Shown: piece after piece, positions 1-7,853 of the stretch | Layout of the letters: each line of letters starts with the position of its first letter | Position numbering within the stretch: the first letter of the stretch is position 1 | Source: Clostridiales bacterium | GTDB taxonomy: Bacteria; Bacillota; Clostridia; Christensenellales; CAG-138 | Direction: 5' to 3' | Assembly (NCBI GenBank): GCA_004558825.1 | Contig: SFDB01000002.1 | Span: 1 to 24,000 of the forward strand | DNA: 24,000 nt | Translations under genes and position numbers: made by a program | The notes under the pieces: generated by a model | What the model was told of the DNA's origin: nothing | The model's database searches: none | The model's input: only the letters and a program-made list of their open reading frames with translations

Positions 1-171
1 GGTTTCGGACGGTAGCTGTAAACGATCTGGCCGTTCATGGCGTCCGGCACGAAATACTCCTGCCGATAATAGGTGATAAACCGACCGAGGCGTTTTCCCG
101 TGTCTATGACCTTGAACTCTGCCCACAGATCCATCAGTCCGTTGCTGGCTGGAGTGCCGGTGAGCCCAAGG
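1..171 (-). pseudogene. Fragment of phage-type SNF2/DEAD helicase, truncated at its upstream side by a junction near 170
   Basis: Reverse complement reads LGLTGTPASNGLMDLWAEFKVIDTGKRLGRFITYYRQEYFVPDAMNGQIVYSYRPK, the TGTP..NGLMDLW..F.. block of phage SNF2-like helicases. Homology ends abruptly near 170, and the C-terminal side runs off the window. Confidence 0.75.
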
Positions 172-184
172 ATTCATTCTGGAT

Positions 185-709
185 GTGCTGAAGTATTATA
201 CGCCTATCGACAGCTACTATAAGCTAATGAAAACTGTTGATGACGATCCTATGTTCGACAAGAAAAGAGCTCAGAAAAAGCTGCGCTCCTTTGTTGAAAG
301 CAACGAGGTCACAATTTCAAAAAAAGCGGCTATGATGGTTGACCACTTCCACGAGCAGGTTATCGCCAAGAAGAAAATCGGCGGTCAGGCTCGTGCTATG
401 GTCGTTACGGCCAGCATTCTTTCCGGAGAAACCGACCCGAACAAGCTGTACGACTTAATCGCTGTTAAATACGAGCGTGATCCGAACATAAACAAAACCT
501 ACGGCAGAGCGTGGAAGCGTATCCGTGACCGCTACGCTGCGGAGCATCCGCTGTGCGAGGTGTGCAAGGAAAACGGAAGGTTCGTACCCGCAGAGGAAGT
601 TCATCATAAAAAGCCAATCTCACAGGGTGGCACTCATGCAAGGGACAACCTCATGAGCCTGTGCCGTTCCTGCCACACGAAAATACACCATGAGATTGGT
701 GACAGATAA
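185..709 (+). pseudogene. Chimeric ORF: two type I restriction HsdR-like fragments joined to an HNH endonuclease C-terminal part
   Basis: FILDVLKYYTPIDSYYKL..DDPMFDKKRAQKKLR..KKIGGQARAMVVTASI resembles an HsdR-like helicase. GETDPNKLYDLI resembles a separate HsdR C-terminal segment. RDRYAAEHPLCEVCKENGRFVPAEEVHHKKPISQGGTHARDNLMSLCRSCHTKIH is an HNH nuclease motif. The reading frame stays open across the joins. Confidence 0.7.
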
Positions 710-749
710 AAAGGCAATCCCTTTTGATCGGAATGACCTTAAATTGCTG

Positions 750-1661
750 TTATGGCTGAATGTCAAACATAGACAGCAGCTTTTTGAAGGTGTCTTGACC
801 ATCAAGGCAGGTATCGGTCAGATATCCTCTTTCCGATTCCCACTCAGAAAGGCCACGGTAATAAAACATCTTTTTGGAGTCTTCAATAATGAACGGAACG
901 ATACTGTGCCGCAGGCATTCTTTGAGTGCTATCAAACGGCCAACTCTGCCATTGCCGTCCTGGAACGGATGAATGCGTTCAAAGTTGTAATGGAATTCGA
1001 TGACATTTTCTATTGATACAGCATCGAGAGATTCGTAATCGGAAAGCAGAGCCTTCATTCTTGCCGGCACATCCTTGGGCTTGGCAGTTTCACGACCGCC
1101 GACTACATTTGCCCGCTTTTTATAGTCACCGACAGCAAACCATGAGAGCGTAGAATCCTTTGTACTCTGCTTCAGAATGCGGTGCAATTCCTTGATGATA
1201 TCTTCTGTCAGAGATTCTTCCGCATGGTCGATCACATAATCGATGGCACGGAAATGGTTTACTGTTTCGATGATGTCATCAACAGGAATGCCTTCGCCGA
1301 CATCCACTGTGTTTGTTTCAAAAATCAGTCGCGTCTGATCCTCGCTGAGCTTGCTACCCTCGATATGGTTGGAGTTATAGGTCATGCGAACCTGAAGTTC
1401 ATGATACAGTCCACCGGGCATACGGATGCTTTTTTCATCTCGCAGGGTTTGCAACAGCAAGTTGTCACTAATGCTACGGTACAGTTCTTCCGGTGTGCAG
1501 GATAAATAGGCAGCGATTTTTGCAAGTACATGCGCCGCAATTTTCTCGCCGCGACCGATTTTTGCAACTGTACGGGACGAAATGCCAAGTTCATCCGTTA
1601 GTGCGGTCTTTGTAAGCCCTTTGGCATTCAGCTTACTCAGAAGTCCTTCATAGGAAATCAT
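750..1661 (-). CDS. Fic family protein with N-terminal XRE-type helix-turn-helix
   Basis: 303 aa. N-terminal HTH (TKTALTDELGISSRTVAKIGRGEKIAAHVLAKIAAYL), Fic core motif HPFQDGNGRVGR, and an upstream SNHIEG inhibitory-type motif. Intact ORF with promoter-like TTTACT-17-TATAAT upstream. Confidence 0.92.
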   Translation of the reverse strand: MISYEGLLSKLNAKGLTKTALTDELGISSRTVAKIGRGEKIAAHVLAKIAAYLSCTPEELYRSISDNLLLQTLRDEKSIRMPGGLYHELQVRMTYNSNHIEGSKLSEDQTRLIFETNTVDVGEGIPVDDIIETVNHFRAIDYVIDHAEESLTEDIIKELHRILKQSTKDSTLSWFAVGDYKKRANVVGGRETAKPKDVPARMKALLSDYESLDAVSIENVIEFHYNFERIHPFQDGNGRVGRLIALKECLRHSIVPFIIEDSKKMFYYRGLSEWESERGYLTDTCLDGQDTFKKLLSMFDIQP

Positions 1662-1684
1662 GAAATCACCTTCTTCCTTTACTT

Positions 1685-1713
1685 ATTATAACCAATCCAG
1701 CAGAAAAAGTAAA
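1685..1713 (-). promoter_or_regulatory. Putative sigma70-type promoter of the HTH-Fic gene
   Basis: On the minus strand, TTTACT (1713-1708), 17-nt spacer, TATAAT (1690-1685), located just upstream of ATG 1661. Confidence 0.55.
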
Positions 1714-1842
1714 TGCAAATTCAAAAAGAAGTAAAGGTAGGGGCGATAAAATCTCCGGGACCTTATTATGCGGGCAGCGGCCTGGGGTCACGTGTGCGAA
1801 AAAGGCGAAATCAAAAGGGTAATTAAAGGAAGGAGGAATCGA

Positions 1843-2598
1843 ATGCCCACGAAATCCAACAACATAGGCGGTCAGGGCGGCGCAAGACCCGGTGCGGGAA
1901 GGAAAAAATCCGCTGTAAAGAACAAGGCCGAAAACGGCAATCCCGGCGGCAGAAAACTTGAAGTGCTAGATATTCCCGAAGTCGAGGGTGTTGAGATGCC
2001 CAAGCCTCACGATTTTCTTTCTGCGGAGCAGCGTGACGGCAGCGAACTGCAGGCGAAGGAAATCTACGAGGAGACTTGGAAGTGGCTCAAGCAGATAGGC
2101 TGTGCCGCAAAAGTCTCTCCGCAGCTCCTTGAGCGGTATGCGATGTGTTCCGCTCGGTGGATTCAATGCGAAGAGATGACAAACCGCATGGGTTTTCTCT
2201 CAAAGCATCCCACCACGCAAAAGCCGATACCGTCCCCGTTTATCAACATCGGTATCAACTACATGAACCAAGCCGTGCGGCTGTGGAATGAGATATTCCA
2301 AATCGTCAAAGAAACGCTTTGCAGGTCGGCACCGATTCCGAGGGCGGTTATCTTGTGCCGGACGAATTCGAGCATACCCTTGTTGAGGCACTGCAGGAGG
2401 AGAACATCTTCCGTAAACTGGCGCATATCATTCAGACGGCTTCCGGGGACAGAAAGATCCCCGTTGTTGCGTCCAAGGGCACCGCTTCCTGGGTGGACGA
2501 AGAAGGCTCCATCACTGAAAGCGATGATTCCTTCGGTCAGGTTTCCATCGGGGCCTACAAACTCGGAACCCTTATCAAGGTATCCAACGAACTTCTGA
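1843..2598 (+). pseudogene. P27-family phage terminase small subunit, truncated near 2311 and running out of frame into capsid sequence
   Basis: Strong SD AAGGAGG before ATG 1843. MPTKSNNIGGQGGARPGAGRKKSAVKNKAENGNPGGRK..NIGINYMNQAVRLWNEIFQIVKET is P27 TerS-like. After about 2311 the sequence encodes the HK97 capsid in another frame. Confidence 0.8.
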
Positions 2599-3173
2599 AC
2601 GACTCTGTGTTCCCGCTCGAGGGGTATATCTCCAAGGAGTTTGCGAGGCGCATCGGCGTCAAGGAGGAAGATTCCTTCTTCAATGGTGACGGTGACGGCA
2701 AGCCCGTAGGTATCTTCCATTCTACCGGCGGCGCACAGGTCGGCGTGACCGCGGCAAGCACTTCCGCAATTACCGCTGACGAGATCATCGACCTCTTCTA
2801 TTCTCTCGGTGCTCCCTACCGCAAGAAGGCTGTATGGGTGCTGAATGATGCGACCGTGAAGTCCATCCGCAAGCTGAAAGACGGCAACGGCAACTACCTC
2901 CGGCAGCCCGCTTTGACCGCCGACACTCCCGACACTCTGCTCGGCAGGCCTGTGTATACTTCCACCTCCGTTCCGACAATCGCATCCGGCGCGAAGGTCA
3001 TCGCGTTCGGTGATTTCAGCTTCTACTGGATCGCCGACCGTCAGGGCAGAATCTTCAAGAAACTCTCCGAACTGTATGCCACTACCGACCAGAACGGTTT
3101 TGTCGCTACCCAGCGTGTTGACGGCAAACTTATTCTGCCCGAGGCTATCAAGGTCCTTCAGATGAAGGTGTAA
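2319..3173 (+). pseudogene. HK97-family phage major capsid protein, C-terminal portion only
   Basis: QVGTDSEGGYLVPDEFEHTLVEALQEENIFRKLAHII...GDGKPVGIF...LLGRPVYTSTSVP...AFGDFSFYWIADRQGR is a typical HK97 MCP. No preceding delta domain/protease, and it abuts the terminase fragment. Confidence 0.88.
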
Positions 3174-3184
3174 GGAGGCACGCT

Positions 3185-3514
3185 ATGAGCTACTACAACT
3201 ACTGCTTCAGCGTCAAGAAATGCAAAGCCTGTCCTATGCGGGATAATTGCAGGGTTGGAAAATCCAAGGGCCGGACTTACAGCGTTACATGTGCAAATGA
3301 AGCACACAAAGCCCGGCTTGAATTTGAGAGCAGTGAAGAATTTTCCGCCAAGCTGCGCATCCGCCACAGAATAGAAGAGAAAAACGGAGAAATGAAAACA
3401 GCCAACGGGTTCCGAAGAGCGGATTCTGCGGGCTTGGTTGCTATGCGATTGCAGGCATATTTCACCGCAATTGTGGTAAATATGAAGAGAATTGTGGCAG
3501 TAATTCCGGGCTAA
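3185..3514 (+). pseudogene. IS1182-like (DDE) transposase C-terminal fragment joined to a phage start region
   Basis: YNYCFSVKKCKACPMRDNCRVGKSKGRTYSVT...RLRIRHRIEEKNGEMKTANGFRRADSAGLVAMRLQAYFTAIVVNMKRIV matches the Cys-cluster plus EEKNGEMK tail of IS1182-type transposases. The N-terminal catalytic part is missing. Confidence 0.72.
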
Positions 3515-3555
3515 TAGCTTGGGTTCTTTTCTTCCTGGCCATTGACTATCCGGTT

Positions 3556-3598
3556 GCTCTACGGTAACCGAAAAATAGTCGCCGTAGAGCCTTTTTTT
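3556..3598 (+). terminator. Rho-independent terminator
   Basis: GCTCTACGG (3556-3564) pairs with CCGTAGAGC (3582-3590), followed by CTTTTTTT. Confidence 0.75.
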
Positions 3599-3865
3599 GT
3601 TTTTGCGTATGAACTTTTTAATTATAGGTCTGTAGGGTGTGCATAGCCATAAAAGGAATAATTAAAAGGTGCACCAAGTATTCTAATGTGAAGACATGGC
3701 GTTATCAGAGTCGATAAATATAATATAAAGAAATTACCCAGTGGACTGCATCTTTTCCATGGCCCTATTGACTTTAGTGGAAAACCGGGCATAATAGTAG
3801 GGGGAAATGCCACCCACGCCGAAGTATGCCTTTGGAATCTGCTGAAATCTGAAAAGAGAGTAAAA

Positions 3866-4831
3866 ATGTATACGATTATGTTTCATACACTTCTTCAAAA
3901 ACAATACGGACTGCATCTAAAGGATATGCAAAAATCCAAAGTTGGGGCAGGCTCGGATACATGGTTTCTGGACTGCAATGAAGGAAAATTCGTATTGAAA
4001 TTCCCATCAAAAAGCAAAATCAACCACCCTGAACTGGAACCTGAGCTGTGTGCTTTTTTACGTAAAAATGGCATTCCGGCCTGTGATTTTCTTAAAAATA
4101 CATCTGGCAACTTCGTCTGCGAGACAGACGAGGGTAAACCCTTTACAATGCAAAGACTTCTGCCTGGAAATACCCCCCAATGGAATACTGCATCACAAGA
4201 GCTTTTGATAGAATCCGCACAAATGCTTGGCAGGATTCATCAGGTGTTGCAGAACTATCCACCCCTACCGGAAGGAATCGGGGCAGGCTTTTTCACATAT
4301 ATGACCCCTGAACGAGCACAAGCCTCCTACGAGAATTCTCTGTCTGTGGCAAAAAAGCTTGGAAGCCGCCAGAATATGGCGGAGCTGCAATGGCGTATAG
4401 ATTTTATAAAGCACTTTCCCCAATGGCAGTTCGATCTGAACAAACTGACGCTTCGTAATACCCATGGCGATTATTATATCAGTCAGTTTCTTTGTGACAA
4501 CAGACATCTAACCGCAATCATAGACTGGACAACTGCATGTATACATCCGGTTATTTGGGAAATCATGCGTTCCTTTGTGTATGGCGCTCCATGTTGTGCC
4601 GCAGGGAAAATCGACAGAGCGTTGTTGGATCGCTACCTTGATGCTTATTGCCGCTATGGAACGCTGAATACATACGACATTCAAAACCTATATAAGCTGT
4701 ACTTGCATCAAATTGCTGTCTGCGACTATTACGGGCAGTATTACTCGACCAACGCTCATAATCGCGAAATCTATCTGAAACAGGCACATCTTGCGACAAG
4801 GCTTTTGAAAAATATGGACAAATACATTTAG
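3866..4831 (+). CDS. Phosphotransferase enzyme family protein (APH/CotS-like kinase fold)
   Basis: 321 aa. GDYYISQFLCDNRHLTAIIDWTTACIHPVIWEI corresponds to the HGD..N.L.....I.DWe kinase-fold signature. N-terminal VLKFPSK ATP-binding strand. Confidence 0.82.
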   Translation: MYTIMFHTLLQKQYGLHLKDMQKSKVGAGSDTWFLDCNEGKFVLKFPSKSKINHPELEPELCAFLRKNGIPACDFLKNTSGNFVCETDEGKPFTMQRLLPGNTPQWNTASQELLIESAQMLGRIHQVLQNYPPLPEGIGAGFFTYMTPERAQASYENSLSVAKKLGSRQNMAELQWRIDFIKHFPQWQFDLNKLTLRNTHGDYYISQFLCDNRHLTAIIDWTTACIHPVIWEIMRSFVYGAPCCAAGKIDRALLDRYLDAYCRYGTLNTYDIQNLYKLYLHQIAVCDYYGQYYSTNAHNREIYLKQAHLATRLLKNMDKYI

Positions 4832-4843
4832 AGAGGCGACAAT

Positions 4844-5152
4844 ATGGACACCGATTTGAGTGCGTTAGCACCATTTCCAGATCATTGCGGCCGCTTAACT
4901 GCGCTTCCGACAAAGAACAAGAAAAAACTAATGGCGCTGTGGCATCTATCATTAAAATTTGAAGCCGGGCGTAAATATACCGAGGCAGAGATTAACGATT
5001 TACCGGATGAACATACAACCTTTCTCGACCCAGCAACGATTCGACGGGAGCTTTACAACAAACACCTGCTTGATCGAACGGCAGATTGCAGGCTTTACTG
5101 GAAGGAACAGGGAAAAAACTCCGTTGAAGATTTTTTGACCCAATATACTTGA
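4844..5152 (+). CDS. DUF2087 domain-containing protein
   Basis: RLTALPTKNKKKLMALWHLSLKFEAGRKYTEAEINDLPDEHTTFLDPATIRRELYNKHLLDRTADCRLYW matches the DUF2087 pattern. 12 nt downstream of the kinase-like gene. Confidence 0.75.
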   Translation: MDTDLSALAPFPDHCGRLTALPTKNKKKLMALWHLSLKFEAGRKYTEAEINDLPDEHTTFLDPATIRRELYNKHLLDRTADCRLYWKEQGKNSVEDFLTQYT

Positions 5153-5406
5153 TTGGTCATATAACTGTCCGCATTGTTATTACAGATAGCACTGACAGTT
5201 GCGCCGAAATCCCCGTTGCACTTTCTTATTTCCATATCTTCTAACGATATATCGGATTCGTGTGCATTTCGTATCAAAATAGGTCTTTACTTTCATAACC
5301 GGACACCAATTTTGATACGTTGGTTATCATTGTGGGTGTCCAGTTTTTTATTTTAGAAAATGTAAAATAGCTCGATAAACTTGAATTTGCAGCAACAGCG
5401 CGTTGC

Positions 5407-5435
5407 TTGATCATCTAATATACCTGTGCTATAAT
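5407..5435 (+). promoter_or_regulatory. Putative promoter of the XRE/zinc-ribbon gene
   Basis: TTGATC (5407-5412), 17-nt spacer, TATAAT (5430-5435). Followed by GAGATG and ATG at 5457. Confidence 0.6.
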
Positions 5436-5456
5436 TTTTATAAAGAGATGATTTTT

Positions 5457-5893
5457 ATGAATACAAAAGATGTTTTACTCGAACTACGAACAAAAAAAGG
5501 TTGTCACAAGAGGAACTTGCAGAAAAAATCCATGTTACCAGACAAGCAGTATCCCGTTGGGAAACGAGTGAAACAATCCCAAATACCGAAACACTAAAAT
5601 TGCTCTCATCTTTTTTTGATGTTTCGATCAATACATTACTGGGTTCTCCCAGAAAGCTGATATGTCAATGCTGTGGTATGCCACTTGATGATACTACAAC
5701 CAGCAAAGAACCAAATGGTGATTTTAATGAGGAGTATTGCAAGTGGTGTTATGATGATGGCAGGTTCAAATATACCAGTATGGAGCAGTTGATTGAATTT
5801 TGTGTAGAACATATGGCAAATGAGAATTGGCCTGCTGAACAGGTTCGGGCGCATATGGAATCAGTTGTTCCAAAACTAAATTATTGGAAATAA
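5457..5893 (+). pseudogene. XRE-family regulator with C-terminal putative zinc-ribbon domain, reading frame disrupted at about 5499
   Basis: Frame 1 encodes MNTKDVLLELRTKK. The -1 frame (ORF from TTG 5501) encodes LSQEELAEKIHVTRQAVSRWETSETIPNTETLKLLSSFFDVSINTLLG...ICQCCGMPLDD...YCKWCYDDGRF. The two halves make one canonical HTH protein. Confidence 0.8.
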
Positions 5894-6069
5894 GAATAAT
5901 ATAATTTCTGTGAAAACAGGGCAACAACTCCCGGTTTATTGTGGGCTTTCATTTCTAAGCGTATTGAGATTCATGGGCGTGCACCATTAAAGATTCATTG
6001 GAACTTTTAAAGAAAAGTACGAGGGGTGTGCATTATGAATCAAAATAGGCCTTTACGTTCATAACAAGA

Positions 6070-6114
6070 ATAATCCGAACCGGATTCCCTTATAGGGAAT
6101 CCGGTTCGGATTAT
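6070..6114. terminator. Strong bidirectional-type hairpin between convergent genes
   Basis: Perfect 21-bp stem ATAATCCGAACCGGATTCCCT / AGGGAATCCGGTTCGGATTAT with a 3-nt loop, directly downstream of the minus-strand ABC gene. Confidence 0.7.
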
Positions 6115-6131
6115 ATTTGTTCTACTATAAA

Positions 6132-7853
6132 CTACTGCGCCACGGTGAAAAGGGCATGGAAGTAACCCCTGTTTGACATCAGCTTATCAAAGCTGCCGCT
6201 TTCCTCTATGTGTCCGTCCTTGAGGACGATGATACCGTCATAGCGGCGCAGCAGAGATTCCTCCAGCGTGTGCGTCACAATGATACGGGTTATGCCGTGC
6301 AAATCGAGAATATCGCTTGTGACCTGATGTGCTGTCTGCGCATCCAATGCCGCCGTTACCTCGTCAGCCAACAGGACGGAGGATTTTTTCAGCAGGCTTC
6401 GGGCAATAGATACGCGTTGCTTTTCACCGCCGGACAGTCCATTGCCACCCTCGCCACAGAGATAGCTTTCCCCGCGCTCCGCAATCAGCCCGGTCAGATG
6501 GGCGCGTCGTATAGCGTCGTCAAGCTCCTGCTGTGGGAAACTGCGGAACATCGCTACGTTATCCTTTATAGACGCATTGAACACAAACACATTCTGCTGA
6601 ATAACCGAAGTCATCTCGTACAGGGATTCCGGGGCCATGCGGCGAAGCTCCGTTCCGTCCAGAAGGATATTCCCCGTATACTCCGTGCTGCCTGCCATCA
6701 ATAAATGGAGCATCGTGGACTTTCCGCTGCCGCTGCCGCCTACAATGGCGTAGGCTTTGCCGGCCTCAAAAACAGCGGAAATCTCGTGCAGTACTTCTTT
6801 TTCTCCATTATAGCTGAATGACACTTTTTCAAGGCGAATATCGTGCTCCAACATGGAAAGCTCCTCACCGCCGCAGGCGGTAGGATTCTTTTCCAACGCC
6901 GCCGCCAGCTTGCCTATCAGTCCCAGCGCCGCCCTGCGGCTCGCCAGTAACCCCGGTAGTTCTGCGATAGGCTGTATCAAAAAGTTCATCAGGTTCACGA
7001 AGATAATCACAACGCCGGGGGTCAGCCCATAGCCGGACAGCGCAAGGTATGCACCGATGAGAAACACGCCAAGCTGCGCAAAGATACCTGCCACAGCGCC
7101 GATCATGCCAACAAGGGTTTTAATGCGTCGCTTGTTGAATTTCTCACTCTCTAATGCCCGATTGCTTTCGGCGAACAGCTTGAAAATCTCCCTCTCCGCC
7201 TTGAAGTTCTTGACGACCGCAAATCCGCTGAGGCAATCGTGCAGAGCGGCGGTAAAATCCTTATTCCGGTCGGAAACCCGCTTCTCCGCCGCCTGCAATT
7301 TGCTTCCCGTCAGAAGGGATGCGACGAGTGGCAAAATCGTAACGCCGAGGGCAATGGCGGTCATCAGCGGGGAATACCATAGCATCATGGCAAGAGCCCC
7401 AATAAACGCCACAGTCTTTGTGATAAGGGAAAGTTGCTGCGCAAGATAATCCGCCTCTATGCCGTTCGCATCGTTGGTAAGCGCCGAAAGATAGGTCGCC
7501 GTGCTTTCGTCCCGAAAGGATGAAATGCTCTTTTCGGTAAACTTTTGAAAGGCAAAATCCTTGTACTGCCGCATGGCCCGTTCAATAAATCGGGGCTGTG
7601 AAACGTAGTCCAGAAGAAAAGCCGCCACACACAGCAGCACAAAAGCACCGCTAATCTTTGCAAGCGTTCCGATAGGCAGCGCACCCGGAACGCCGGATGC
7701 TGCATCGATAAGCTGCTGCATTATCCACGAAAGAATCAAATTAAGGGAGCCTGAAACCAACGCACCAAAAACGGCGATGCAGAGTAAGGGGATATTCCGG
7801 CGGTAAAACTGCGCCGTGAGCTGTTTTTTCAAGAGTTTATTTCTCATCTTCAT
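6132..7853 (-). CDS. ABC transporter, fused permease and ATP-binding protein
   Basis: 573 aa. Walker A GGSGSGKST, signature LSGGEKQRVSIARSLL, Walker B VLLADEVTAALD, and an N-terminal multi-TM domain. Confidence 0.95.
   Translation of the reverse strand: MKMRNKLLKKQLTAQFYRRNIPLLCIAVFGALVSGSLNLILSWIMQQLIDAASGVPGALPIGTLAKISGAFVLLCVAAFLLDYVSQPRFIERAMRQYKDFAFQKFTEKSISSFRDESTATYLSALTNDANGIEADYLAQQLSLITKTVAFIGALAMMLWYSPLMTAIALGVTILPLVASLLTGSKLQAAEKRVSDRNKDFTAALHDCLSGFAVVKNFKAEREIFKLFAESNRALESEKFNKRRIKTLVGMIGAVAGIFAQLGVFLIGAYLALSGYGLTPGVVIIFVNLMNFLIQPIAELPGLLASRRAALGLIGKLAAALEKNPTACGGEELSMLEHDIRLEKVSFSYNGEKEVLHEISAVFEAGKAYAIVGGSGSGKSTMLHLLMAGSTEYTGNILLDGTELRRMAPESLYEMTSVIQQNVFVFNASIKDNVAMFRSFPQQELDDAIRRAHLTGLIAERGESYLCGEGGNGLSGGEKQRVSIARSLLKKSSVLLADEVTAALDAQTAHQVTSDILDLHGITRIIVTHTLEESLLRRYDGIIVLKDGHIEESGSFDKLMSNRGYFHALFTVAQ

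Noticed and set aside
690-1505. Plus-strand ORFs 690-1016 and 1182-1505
   Set aside because: Antisense to the well-supported Fic gene, with no motifs of their own.
2259-2985. Minus-strand ORFs 2259-2720 and 2785-2985
   Set aside because: Antisense to the clear terminase/capsid homology.
3622-3865. Possible leader peptide or small gene before the kinase-like gene
   Set aside because: Minus-strand ORFs 3622-3813 and 3734-3916 lack motifs and SD sequences. I see only generic AT-rich intergenic sequence.
5095-5356. Small overlapping ORFs 5095-5277 (-) and 5174-5356 (+)
   Set aside because: No recognisable domain, no clear SD, and they overlap the DUF2087 gene end and the structured region.
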